From the NCBI GenBank assembly GCA_965242695.1, contig CBDESU010000002.1:96001-160000 (forward strand): 64,000 nt of DNA. Direction: 5' to 3'. How positions within the stretch are numbered: position 1 is the stretch's first letter; every line of letters begins with the position of its first letter. The translations under genes and the position numbers were made by a program. Below are positions 38,641 through 48,224 of the stretch, one piece after another. The DNA comes from Cenarchaeum sp. Lineage in GTDB: Archaea > Thermoproteota > Nitrososphaeria > Nitrososphaerales > Nitrosopumilaceae. The notes beneath the pieces are model-generated. The model did no database searches, was not told the DNA's origin, and worked only from the letters and a program-made list of their open reading frames with translations.

Positions 38641-38964
38641 ATGGCCGGGTGGGCAGACTACCTCTTGTCAGCGGTCCGGTACGACTCGGGCAGGCGGATC
38701 GTCGAGGCGCGGCAGCACGCCGACGACGGCGCGCAGATAGGGCGCGGCAGCACGGTCGACCGCAGTACGATCGCCGACAACATGAGAAAGGGCTCGACGT
38801 ACGCCACCGTGTTCGCCGGCAGGGGCGGCACTTGGAGGCTCGGCGAGGCCGTCAGGCTGCTCAGGTCCGGCGGCGAGTATTCGATCCGCGTAGACTCGAA
38901 CAGGGTCATGTTCGACAACCTCGGCATGCTGCCCGGCCTCGAAGAGGGCGGCGGGCAGGCCTAG
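38641..38964 (+). CDS. DUF3892-like protein
   Basis: WADYLLSAVRY..IRVDSNRVMFDNLGMLP; TTTTATA upstream. Confidence 0.75.
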   Translation: MAGWADYLLSAVRYDSGRRIVEARQHADDGAQIGRGSTVDRSTIADNMRKGSTYATVFAGRGGTWRLGEAVRLLRSGGEYSIRVDSNRVMFDNLGMLPGLEEGGGQA

Positions 38965-40346
38965 CCGCCGCCGTCCCGCCCGCCCGCGTCCCCTGCATAG
39001 TCTGCAAGCGACACCTCGTCGTATCCAGGTATCCTGGCAATCTCAAACCCCTCGGCCCTCTTTTCAAGCGGCCTTGTCGCGTCGATTCCAAGCTTTGCCG
39101 TGCGCAGGTTCTCCTGGTCGCTCGACGGATCCAGGCTAGAGCCCCGCACGCCCCGCACCACCGTCAGGTCCCTGTCGGCCTGGAAGCGCGTGGCCATCGC
39201 GTACTCGACGGCCTCGGCGGACGACGGGTCGATATCCCCGTCGACGACCGTAACCTGCTTGAGCGACCGGTGGGCAGCAAACGCCGCCTCGATGGCGGCC
39301 GCGGCGTCGCCTTCGGCGCGCTTTGAGATCTGCACCACCGCGTGCAGCCAGCTGCACCCGCCGGCGGTGAGGCGGACGGCGCGCACGAGCGGGCCGAGGC
39401 GGGCCCTCAGCTCGCCGTCAAGCTTGGACTCGGCCGGCATGCCCATGAGCAAGCGGTGCTCCGAGTAGCCGGCGAGCACGTCGTGGTACACGGCCCTGTC
39501 GCGGTAGTGCAGGCGGTCGAGCTCGAAGACGGGCTGGTCCCGCGCGTGGTCGTACGTTTGGAGCATCTCGACCATCCACTCCCGGTGCGTCGCGTCGGCA
39601 AGCATGCGCCCCTCCATGACGATCTCGGCGCCGGCCGGCACGAGCAGGCCCGTAGACGGGCACCTGGCGAGCTCGGGGCGGCGGCCGGACAGGGCGGCGG
39701 CAATGGCGGTCTCGCTCGCCCCCCACTCCGCCTGGTACGCCCCGGCGATCGAGTGGACGGGGTGCACGCCGACCGTGACGGCGACTGCGAGGTCCTCGCC
39801 GCGCTCCCTTGCATCGGCGTAGCAGCGGTGCAGGTGCCGCCCCTCGACCATCCTCACGGACATGCGCGCATCGCCTATCGGCATCATGCGGTGGAACGAG
39901 GAGTTTTGCGCCCCCGTCTCGGGGTTGCGCGCATGCACTATGGACGACGTGATGAACGGGCCAGGCTCCTTTTCAAAGTGCGTCGCGATCGGCAGCGGCG
40001 AGAGGTCGGACGACGAGTTCTCCAGGAACGGGGGGCTCGGGGAGCCGGGCTCTTCGCGGGGGGCGGGATCGGCGGCCGAGCCGGCCGCCGCGGCCGCCCC
40101 GGCGACGGCAGCGTGTATTCCGTCGGCGGCGCATCCGATCGCCATGGCAAACCGCTCCCGCGTGCCGACCACGTTCGTCGCCGCGCGCATCGGCGAGCCC
40201 TCGACGTCCTCGAAGAGGAGCGCCTGTAATCCGTCGGCGCGCGCCGTCACGGCCGCCATCTCGTACCGCGCCGAGACTCGGCGGCGCACCGTAGACAGGG
40301 CGCCGGCGCGGCGAATCTCTTCCAGGTACGAGCGCAGGTCATGCAT
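38961..40346 (-). CDS. ubiD: UbiD family decarboxylase
   Basis: DLRSYL, NSSFHR, VPAGAEIVMEG, VVDGDIDP, SSLDPS, KLGIDAT. Confidence 0.88.
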   Translation of the reverse strand: MHDLRSYLEEIRRAGALSTVRRRVSARYEMAAVTARADGLQALLFEDVEGSPMRAATNVVGTRERFAMAIGCAADGIHAAVAGAAAAAGSAADPAPREEPGSPSPPFLENSSSDLSPLPIATHFEKEPGPFITSSIVHARNPETGAQNSSFHRMMPIGDARMSVRMVEGRHLHRCYADARERGEDLAVAVTVGVHPVHSIAGAYQAEWGASETAIAAALSGRRPELARCPSTGLLVPAGAEIVMEGRMLADATHREWMVEMLQTYDHARDQPVFELDRLHYRDRAVYHDVLAGYSEHRLLMGMPAESKLDGELRARLGPLVRAVRLTAGGCSWLHAVVQISKRAEGDAAAAIEAAFAAHRSLKQVTVVDGDIDPSSAEAVEYAMATRFQADRDLTVVRGVRGSSLDPSSDQENLRTAKLGIDATRPLEKRAEGFEIARIPGYDEVSLADYAGDAGGRDGGG

Positions 40347-40773
40347 TGCGCCGCACCATGTCGGAGACCGCCGCCATTACCGCCCTTGCCCCGTCGGCGC
40401 CGAGCGGCTCCTTCGAGCTGCACGACACGACGGATATTCCGCCGTTCAGGTGGCCGACCTGCTCGGCGGCAAGGCGCATGAACAGGCCGTCGTGCTTTGA
40501 CGGTATGACCATGGTCGTCGCCGGCGGAAGGCCGGGCGTGCTTATCGACACGGCCATTGCGCCGATTCCGGCCGCGGGCGGAGGCGCCCCCTCCGTGACC
40601 GAGACAAAGTCGCCGTTGGCAAAGCGGACAGCGGCCACATGGTACGTTCGGCCGCCGGCGCTGACCGTCCGCGCAGCGTACGGCTGCCCTGCCGGCGACG
40701 GCGAACCCGGCGATGGCGCGGCTGGCGCGGCTGGATCGCTGCGCCCGTCGGGGCTGCCGGGACGGCCGGCCAA
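40339..40773 (-). CDS. Hypothetical protein, proteasome assembly chaperone PAC4-like
   Basis: FANGDFVSVTEG..IGAMAVS pattern recalled from thaumarchaeal proteins; start uncertain. Confidence 0.5.
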   Translation of the reverse strand: MAGRPGSPDGRSDPAAPAAPSPGSPSPAGQPYAARTVSAGGRTYHVAAVRFANGDFVSVTEGAPPPAAGIGAMAVSISTPGLPPATTMVIPSKHDGLFMRLAAEQVGHLNGGISVVSCSSKEPLGADGARAVMAAVSDMVRRNA

Positions 40774-40784
40774 TGCGCAGCCGC

Positions 40785-41024
40785 CTACTTTTTCGATGCC
40801 GACTCTTCTTCCCTCGAGTCGGCCTCGACGCGCGCCCTGAGCTTTGCCTTGTACTTTAGGTTGCGAGGCTTTGTGCGCAGGCGGTACCCGCAGCACGGGC
40901 ACCAGAGGCCCTCCCACTTTATGAATATCTCGCATATCTGGCACCGCCTCTGCCCAGAGACATACCTGCCCGTTCCGACCGGCTTTTGCGCCTTGTACCT
41001 GATGCATATCCCCTTGCACGTCAT
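40785..41024 (-). CDS. Small Cys-rich (Zn-finger) hypothetical protein
   Basis: CKGIC, RCQIC, CPCCG..LRTKPR. Confidence 0.8.
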   Translation of the reverse strand: MTCKGICIRYKAQKPVGTGRYVSGQRRCQICEIFIKWEGLWCPCCGYRLRTKPRNLKYKAKLRARVEADSREEESASKK

Positions 41025-41208
41025 GCCGCTCCCCTGCGCCGATGCTGGAATACGGCCCGTATATAAATATGGATGTAAGATTTAATGGGCGTTGGGGCCC
41101 AAATAGCGCATACGGATGGCCAAAAAGTGCCTTTTGACGGTGTAAATTCCATAAGAACGGGTTGAAAAGTGCAAAACGTGCAGTGTCTTGGCTGCCGCAC
41201 ATACGCCC

Positions 41209-43218
41209 TCAAGTCGCAGGCAGCTCCGCAAGGCCCAGGCTGCGCAGGTACCTGTACGTCTCGTCGTAGAACTCTGGCGATCGGGTGCCGTCCTCGCTGT
41301 CGCCCTCTGGCACGAATATGACCATGCCCTGCCGCGCCCTGGTGAGCAGGACCCTGTACGCGTTCCGCAGGTACGACTGCCTGTCGGCCTTGCGCATGTT
41401 CATCCACCGCTTCCCCTTGAACTCCCAGTGGCACCAGCCGCCTCCGCCGCCGCTGTGCCGCAGGTTGGCATCCCATGCGACGCACACCCAGTCGAGCTCG
41501 AGCCCCTGCACGTCAAACTCGGTGGCCGCGTACTCTAGGCTGTACGACGAGCGCGGGTCGTCGCGCCCGTTGAGGAACCACTTTGTGGCATCGACGGTCA
41601 GCTCGACGTAGATGCCGTGCGGCTGGAGCCTGTACGACTTTGCCGCCGCGACTATGCCGAACCGCTCACTCCCGCGGGCCCTGTCGCGGAGCCACTTCTT
41701 TGCAAGCCCAAAGTCGCGCGTGATCACGATCGGGTACCGGCCGAGACGGGGCCGCAGGGCAGCGGCCGCGCCGACGTCGATGTCGAGCAGGGCCTTTACG
41801 AACTTTGAGACGTGCTCGCTGCGAAACGACCTGATCGACGTGCCCAGGTGCAGCTCGGGCACGGACTCGGCGCCGACCATCGAGACCATTGCGCCCATGT
41901 CCCCGTCCGGGGCGTACTCGCTGTCGGCGATCTCGCCGGACACGTACACGTCCCAGTCGGGGTACCGGTCGCGGACGGCCCTGAACCACTCGGGCAGCCC
42001 CGCCTCGCCGGTGTTGATCTCCTGCCCGCCGCCGACGAGGCAGACGATCGTGGCCCAGCCCTTGTGGCGGTCCATCGCCCCGATCAGGAACTCGGGCTCG
42101 GACATGTCGAACCCCTTTATCCCCTTCCTGCGCGCAAGCCACGACGAGAGGTGCCCGCGGTTCCACGCCCTCTGCGCCTCGTCGAATACGGCCACCCTCT
42201 CGTGGGGCGCATCGCCCCTTGCCATGTACTCGTCGCGGAAATGGTGTATGTTCTGGATGAACGCGGACGCCTCGCGGCGCGCCTTGCCCTTTGTCATCGG
42301 GGGGCGGGCGGGATCGGCGACGCGGTCGCGGGCGAGCGCCTCCCGCAGCACGCCCACGAGCGGCCCGTTCCCCGACAGGAAGATCGCATGCTCGCTCTTG
42401 TCGACGTTCTGCCGCTCGTTCGCAATGTTCAGGCCGGCGAGCGTCTTTCCCGCGCCCGGCACGCCCGTCACGAAGCAGATCGACTTGCGCCCCCCGGCCT
42501 TTGAGCGCTCTATGATCCCCGAGACTGCAGCGGCGGTCTCGGACAGGTTTCGGGCGCCGCCCTCGTGCCGGGTTATCTCGTCGACCCTGTGGTTGGCGTA
42601 CAGGGCGCGCGCCGCCTCGATGATCGTCGGCGTCGGCTTGTAGGCGGACCCTTCCCAGGCGGCCGGATCGATCTCGTCCAGGCCCGCGCAGGGGCCGTCC
42701 AGGACGCCGGCGATCTCGCGGCCAAGGCAGGCAGCGTTCGTCAGGACGATCCCGAACACGCCGTCCGATCCGGCGCGCGGCGGCGCCCCGCCCGCGCCCT
42801 TCCCTAGCCCGCGGTCCGGCGCCCCCGTGGCTATCAAGACGGGCACGATCGGTGCGGCGTGGCTGCCCTCGTGGAAGTTCTTGAGGTCCAGCGCATAGTC
42901 GACGCACTGGTCCATGTCCGCCCTGTCGTGCGCCCGCTTGCCGACCTTGAACTCCATCACAAAGACGGCGCCGCCGCAGACGAGGACCGCATCGGCGCGC
43001 TTTCCCATGCGCGGTATCGAGAACTCTAGGAAGATGCGGCCGCCTCGGCCGCCGAGCCCCCGCAGCTCCCTCTTGAGGATCGCAATCTCCTGCTCCCAGG
43101 CGCCGCGCTGCTCGTCGCCCAGGTCAAAGGGCAGCTCGCGGGCCATGTCGGCCACGATGCGGCCCGGGTCGGCGGATGCCAGCCCTGCCAGGTCTGCCGA
43201 ATAGTACGAGCGCCCCAA
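41209..43218 (-). CDS. DUF2075 (Schlafen-group-3-like) helicase with N-terminal PD-(D/E)XK nuclease-like domain
   Basis: RADAVL..VMEFK; GVPGAGKT; DEAQR; QGLELD; YRVLLTRAR; TTG start chosen from an upstream AT element. Confidence 0.82.
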   Translation of the reverse strand: MGRSYYSADLAGLASADPGRIVADMARELPFDLGDEQRGAWEQEIAILKRELRGLGGRGGRIFLEFSIPRMGKRADAVLVCGGAVFVMEFKVGKRAHDRADMDQCVDYALDLKNFHEGSHAAPIVPVLIATGAPDRGLGKGAGGAPPRAGSDGVFGIVLTNAACLGREIAGVLDGPCAGLDEIDPAAWEGSAYKPTPTIIEAARALYANHRVDEITRHEGGARNLSETAAAVSGIIERSKAGGRKSICFVTGVPGAGKTLAGLNIANERQNVDKSEHAIFLSGNGPLVGVLREALARDRVADPARPPMTKGKARREASAFIQNIHHFRDEYMARGDAPHERVAVFDEAQRAWNRGHLSSWLARRKGIKGFDMSEPEFLIGAMDRHKGWATIVCLVGGGQEINTGEAGLPEWFRAVRDRYPDWDVYVSGEIADSEYAPDGDMGAMVSMVGAESVPELHLGTSIRSFRSEHVSKFVKALLDIDVGAAAALRPRLGRYPIVITRDFGLAKKWLRDRARGSERFGIVAAAKSYRLQPHGIYVELTVDATKWFLNGRDDPRSSYSLEYAATEFDVQGLELDWVCVAWDANLRHSGGGGGWCHWEFKGKRWMNMRKADRQSYLRNAYRVLLTRARQGMVIFVPEGDSEDGTRSPEFYDETYRYLRSLGLAELPAT

Positions 43219-43381
43219 CGCCGGCTGCAGCGACGGACGCCGTAATAACGGCTCCGATCTGGCAGGGGCCGCGCCCGGAGCTGCGCCGGCGGGAGGCACG
43301 GCGGGCTGGGCGGAGGCGGGGGAGGGGTGTGATCAGGGGGCAGAACTGTCAACCGGCGCGGCCGGCGGCCGCATCAAGGGG

Positions 43382-45046
43382 CTAGACGAGCGCCTGCGAG
43401 GCCTCGTGGAACATCTGGCTCTTTGCGCAGCCTGCCGCAAGCTCGTCGCCGGCGCCGCGCCTCATCAGGCCGCGGTACAGGCCGTCCTCTAGCTTTACGT
43501 CCTCGCGCTTCTCCCACTCCTCGACGGTGATAGAGTACTTTTTCTGGATGCGGTCTCGGTACCACTCGGGTATGACGTTGAACGCGCAGAAGGGGATTAT
43601 GCGCAGGTCGGGCGTCACGTAGTGTATGTCGCACCGCTGCAGCCGCTCTAGGTCCTCGTTGTACTTGTCCTGAAAGTGCATCATGCCGAGGAACAGCCCC
43701 TTTACGTGCCACGACCCGACCGAGTCGAACGAGCGCTTCATGAGTATGTTGCCGAACATCTTGGCTAGGTCGAGGCCGGCCGGCTGCTTCTTCGTGTCGA
43801 CAAAGCCCTTTAGCTTGCGGACCACCTCTAGCATTGTAAAGTACTTGTTCTTGCCGGAGCGTATCTCCTCGGCCTTGTCCTCGAACAGCTCTAGCATGCC
43901 CTGGATGTCGCAGAACTTTGTGAGCGGGACGAACTTTTTCGTATCCTCGTCCTCGAACACGTACGTGCCCGCCCCGCACGCAAAGTGTATGGACAGCTCG
44001 TACTTTGGCTTGCTCGAAAACGCCTCGATGACGTTCGTGAGCGGCATGCAGCTCGGCACCGGAAACCAGTCGTCGATCGTGACCTCGCCGCCGGTCTGCT
44101 CCTCGATGCGCTGTATGCAGTCGGGGATGGTGATGCGGTACTTTTCGCGCTCCTGCTTGCCCATGCGTCCCGTGAGCGAGACGGGCTGGAAGTTGACGGC
44201 GTGGACCACGTCCATGTTCTTCTGGGCGTACCGGATGATGCCGCCAAGCTCGTGGTCGTTGATCGACTTGATGACGGTCGGCACGAACACGACCGTCGTG
44301 CCGGTCTTGCGGCAGCTGTCTAGGGCGTGGGGTATCTCCCAGTGGTTCTTCGGGTTGGTTCTTGCGGTGACCCCGTCGAAGCTCAGGTACAGGTTGTTGC
44401 AGCCGGCAAGCCGCACGTCGCGGGCCGCCTCTGGGTCCATCGCATGCCGGATGCCGTTGGTGTTCATCTGTATGTGGTCGACGCCCTCTTCCTTCATGAT
44501 TCGGATGACGTCCGTAATGTCCTCGCGCAGCATCGGCTCGCCGCCCGTAATCTGCATCGAGTTGCCAGGTATGGGCCGCTCGGCCCTGAGCGTCTTCATC
44601 ATCGCGCGCACCTGGTCCTGAGACGGCTCGTACATGTACGCGCCCTCCAGCCCCTTCTTGACGTAGAAGAAGCAGTACCAGCACGTCAGGTCGCACCTGT
44701 TCGTGACGATCATGTTGGCCAGGCCGCTGTGAGAGAGGTGGTTCGAGCACAGGCCGCAGTTGTTGGGGCAGGCGCACTTTTCGATCATGACGTTGGGTGC
44801 GTGGGCCCCCTTGCCGTCCTGCCAGTACGTGCTGAACTTTTGGTACAGCTCGTACGAGCCAAAGTAGAGCTCTTCGCACTCTCCGTGCGTGGGGCATGTC
44901 TTTGTCATGTAGACGCGGCCGTCCCTCTCGAACACCTCGGCGTCTAGGATCATGTTGCAGTCTGGGCAGATGCTCTGCGTGAACCGCACGGTCGACTTCT
45001 TGCCGAGGCTCTTTTGCGCCTGGTTGGCGATCTGGATCAGAGACAT
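43382..45046 (-). CDS. tes: Radical SAM tetraether (GDGT) lipid synthase
   Basis: N-terminal CPDC/CPTHG, CPNNCGLC..H, CDLTCWYC, C-terminal HFACG/CDIHY/PFC ligands as in Tes/GDGT-MAS. Confidence 0.85.
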   Translation of the reverse strand: MSLIQIANQAQKSLGKKSTVRFTQSICPDCNMILDAEVFERDGRVYMTKTCPTHGECEELYFGSYELYQKFSTYWQDGKGAHAPNVMIEKCACPNNCGLCSNHLSHSGLANMIVTNRCDLTCWYCFFYVKKGLEGAYMYEPSQDQVRAMMKTLRAERPIPGNSMQITGGEPMLREDITDVIRIMKEEGVDHIQMNTNGIRHAMDPEAARDVRLAGCNNLYLSFDGVTARTNPKNHWEIPHALDSCRKTGTTVVFVPTVIKSINDHELGGIIRYAQKNMDVVHAVNFQPVSLTGRMGKQEREKYRITIPDCIQRIEEQTGGEVTIDDWFPVPSCMPLTNVIEAFSSKPKYELSIHFACGAGTYVFEDEDTKKFVPLTKFCDIQGMLELFEDKAEEIRSGKNKYFTMLEVVRKLKGFVDTKKQPAGLDLAKMFGNILMKRSFDSVGSWHVKGLFLGMMHFQDKYNEDLERLQRCDIHYVTPDLRIIPFCAFNVIPEWYRDRIQKKYSITVEEWEKREDVKLEDGLYRGLMRRGAGDELAAGCAKSQMFHEASQALV

Positions 45047-45500
45047 GCTCTAGCAGGGGCGGGCGCGCGCCGGTATATAAGGTATCACTGCCCTTGCCCC
45101 GTGTGAAACGGGGGCGCGCTTATAAGCACAGGTGAGAGATCGCGGCCCCTAGGCGCCAGCCACGCCTAGCATTCGGTCTCGCGCCCCCCTAGGCCCCCTC
45201 CCCCCACCCCTAGGCCTGCTGCCCGCCGTGTCAACCACAGGCCATTCACCTAGGCGCCGCCCCTGCTCCCCTCCGCATGCCTGCCCTACCGCTGCACGCT
45301 AGCCCACTGACCGGGCATATCCAGCGCCGCCCCTGCGCCCTCTCCCCCCCCCCCCGCTAGTCGCCACGGATGGGGGCGCTGGTCGCGGCCACGTCCCGCG
45401 CTCGACGCGGCCGGTCTGGCCCCTCTTGGCTGCCACGGACGGGGGCCTGGTCGCCGGCACCTGCGCCGATTTTTAAGGGCGGCCCCTACAGCGTGGCACG

Positions 45501-46295
45501 ATGGCAGTCGTCATCCCCGAGAGGGCCCGCAAGGCCCTAGAGCGCATCGGGCTTACGGGCCACGAGACGAAGGCGTACGCGGCGCTCCTCGGCAAGGACG
45601 CAGAGGGCGGGGCAGGGGGCATGACGGCGGCAGGCGTGAGCGGCGAGTCCGGCATACCGCAGTCCAAGATATACGACATCCTCGGCTCCCTAGTGGAAAA
45701 GGGGTGGGCCGGCTCGGACGACTCCCGCCCCACGCTGTACTACCCAAAGTCGCCCGCAACCGGCCTAGAGACCGCCAGGCGCCGCGCCGACGCCGAGTTC
45801 GCCGAGATGGGCCGCGTCGTCTCTAGCGAGCTGCTCCCCCTGTACGAGATGAGCGGCGCAAGCGAGAGGCCCGAGATATGGTTCCTGTCGGGCGCGGCAA
45901 GCATCGCCGCCAAGATACTAGAGATGGTCGATACGTGCAGGAGCGACGTGCGGATCGCCGTGCCAAAGGCGAGCGAGTCGCTAGTCCGGCAGGCCCTCCC
46001 AAGGCTGCGGCAGCTGCGCGACAGGGGCGTGACCATTACCGTACTGGCGTCGGGCAGCATCAGCGCCGACTCCCTCAGGTCCCTCTCAAGGGTCGTCACG
46101 TCGGTCAGGACGCGCGACGGGCTGTTCGCGGGCGGCATCATCGCCGACGGGCGGTACGTCGTGATCCTGCTCGGCCACGAGATGGGAGAGTCGTCGTCGG
46201 CCGGCACGGTCGCAATCTGGGCCGACCACGCGGGGCTGGCCGGATTTGCGCTCGAGTACTTTGAATATTTATTAAAGGACTCCGAGGTGGTGTAG
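45501..46295 (+). CDS. TrmB family transcriptional regulator
   Basis: IGLT..E.KAY..LL, SGIPQSKIYDILGSLVEKGW. Confidence 0.88.
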   Translation: MAVVIPERARKALERIGLTGHETKAYAALLGKDAEGGAGGMTAAGVSGESGIPQSKIYDILGSLVEKGWAGSDDSRPTLYYPKSPATGLETARRRADAEFAEMGRVVSSELLPLYEMSGASERPEIWFLSGAASIAAKILEMVDTCRSDVRIAVPKASESLVRQALPRLRQLRDRGVTITVLASGSISADSLRSLSRVVTSVRTRDGLFAGGIIADGRYVVILLGHEMGESSSAGTVAIWADHAGLAGFALEYFEYLLKDSEVV

Positions 46296-46296
46296 C

Positions 46297-46884
46297 GTGG
46301 ACGACCGCGAGATACTGTTCGTCGGGACGGCCGAGGCAGAGCATGTAGAGATGTACCTCAAGGCCATCTGGCACCTCAACGAGCGGAAGGAGGACGTCAA
46401 GATAAGCAGCATTGCGAGGATGCTGCACGTGCGGCAGCCTAGCGTGGTGCAGATGCTCAAAAAGCTCGACTCGCAAAAGCTCGTCAGCTACACCAAGGCC
46501 GGCGTGCACCTAACGGAGGAGGGCAGCAAGGTCGGCGCGACGATGATGCGCAACAGCAGGCTGCTCGAGGTCCTCATGGACAGCGCCCTAAAGATAGAGA
46601 TCGACGAGGAGATGGTCTGCGGGATAGAGCACCACATGAACCCGCAGTTCACCGACGCGCTCTGCACGATGCTGGGGCACCCCGGCCTGTGCCCCCACGG
46701 CCTCGGCATACCCCCCGGCGATTGCTGCCTTGCGGCGCGCAGGGAGGGCGATGCCGCGGGTGCGGCGGGGCCGGGCGGCCACGGCGGGGCCGGGGGCGAT
46801 GCCGCGGGTGCGGCGGGGCCGGGCGGCCACGGCGGGGGCGATGCCGCGGGTGCGGCGGGGCCGGGCGGCCACGGCGAGAGCTGA
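46297..46884 (+). CDS. DtxR/MntR family metal-dependent regulator with a Gly/His repeat tail
   Basis: EMYLKAI, PSVVQMLKKL, RLLE, CGIEH, CPHG..IP. Confidence 0.88.
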   Translation: MDDREILFVGTAEAEHVEMYLKAIWHLNERKEDVKISSIARMLHVRQPSVVQMLKKLDSQKLVSYTKAGVHLTEEGSKVGATMMRNSRLLEVLMDSALKIEIDEEMVCGIEHHMNPQFTDALCTMLGHPGLCPHGLGIPPGDCCLAARREGDAAGAAGPGGHGGAGGDAAGAAGPGGHGGGDAAGAAGPGGHGES

Positions 46885-46966
46885 CGGCGGGCATTCGCGC
46901 GGCGCGCTGCGAAGGGCGGCGTAGGGGTCGGCAAGGGTTATGTTGGGCCCCGCTCGCGCCGCCCCG

Positions 46967-47131
46967 TTGGCGTGCTTTTGCGGGTGCCAAAAATACGAGG
47001 CGAGCCCAAACGGGTTCGTCATAGGATGCGTGCGGTGCGACCACGGCCCGCAGAACCACGACGACGAGTTCCGCAGGTCGGCCAGGGCGAACGAGAACGC
47101 GAGCCAAAAGCGCGATGCCGACTTTGGGTGA
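46967..47131 (+). CDS. Small Cys/His-rich hypothetical protein
   Basis: CFCGC..CVRCDH..H; AT element upstream of TTG. Confidence 0.55.
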   Translation: MACFCGCQKYEASPNGFVIGCVRCDHGPQNHDDEFRRSARANENASQKRDADFG

Positions 47132-47149
47132 CCTCGAGAGGGGGCGCCA

Positions 47150-47569
47150 TCACTCGCCGATGACCTTGACCAGGACCCGCTTGTCGCGCCTGCCGTCAAA
47201 CTCGCCGTAGAACACGCGCTCCCACGTCCCCAGGTCCAGCGAGCCGTCCGTGACTGCGACGACCACCTCGCGCCCCATGACCTGCCGCTTGAGGTGCGCA
47301 TCGGCGTTGTCCTCGCCCGTGTCGTTGTGCCGGTACTGGCCCGTCGGCTCGTGCGGCGCCAGGCGCTCAAGCCAGCGCTCGTAGTCGCCGTGCAGCCCCT
47401 GCTCGTCGTCGTTGATGAAGACGCTCGCCGTGATGTGCATCGCGTTCACCAGGCACAGCCCCTCGCGCACGCCGCTCCTGCCTACGGCATCCTGCACCTG
47501 GCCGGTGATGTGCACGAACGCCCTGCGCGTGGGCGTCTTGAAGTGGAGGTACTCGGTGTGCGACTTCAC
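47150..47569 (-). CDS. yjbQ: YjbQ/UPF0047 family protein
   Basis: [26 protein letters not shown]. Confidence 0.9.
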   Translation of the reverse strand: MKSHTEYLHFKTPTRRAFVHITGQVQDAVGRSGVREGLCLVNAMHITASVFINDDEQGLHGDYERWLERLAPHEPTGQYRHNDTGEDNADAHLKRQVMGREVVVAVTDGSLDLGTWERVFYGEFDGRRDKRVLVKVIGE

Positions 47570-47747
47570 CGCGCGGGGGGCGCCGGCGCGCCTTAAAAGG
47601 GCTCGCGGGCGCTGTGGGCAGGCTCAGAACTCAAGATCCTCATCATGCGTCAGGTGGATAGATTCGTCAGCGCCCGCGCCTGCCCCGCGCGGCGCGCACT
47701 TATCTGCCTTTCATAATGCTAATAAACTACGGCAGGGCAGGCGGGGC

Positions 47748-48185
47748 ATGGTCGCCATAGACACGACGTCGTCGCTTGAGAGCTTTAGGCGGTTCGTGTA
47801 CCAGAGCACGTGCGCCTCGTACGCGCCGCGAGGCTACATGGACGACAGGGAGGTCTACGCCGAGCGCGACCCCGAGCTCGGCGCCATCCACGTAGAGGCC
47901 ACCGACAAGGCGCAGCTCAAGAAGATAAGGGACATTTCGTTCGTCAACGCCTCTGACGTGCTCGGCGTCATCTACAACTCGAAGAGCGGCAACACGTCCC
48001 TCAAGTGGCGCCAGACGGACAGGTACAGGGGCAGGGTGACGGGGGAGGCATCGACGAACTCGCTCGCCAACCTGGCCGCTGCCGGCGTGCTCACCCTAGA
48101 GTGGGTCGAGGAGTACGTGGCCGAGAGGCTCGCCGAGAAGGAGGCGGGCGGCGGCGGCGGCAGTGGCGACGCCCCGCAGGGCTAG
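47748..48185 (+). CDS. Hypothetical protein
   Basis: Typical codon usage, AT-rich upstream element. Confidence 0.7.
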   Translation: MVAIDTTSSLESFRRFVYQSTCASYAPRGYMDDREVYAERDPELGAIHVEATDKAQLKKIRDISFVNASDVLGVIYNSKSGNTSLKWRQTDRYRGRVTGEASTNSLANLAAAGVLTLEWVEEYVAERLAEKEAGGGGGSGDAPQG

Positions 48186-48224
48186 GGGCCGCGGCGCGCC
48201 GGCGGCAGGGCGGGTGCGCGCCGC

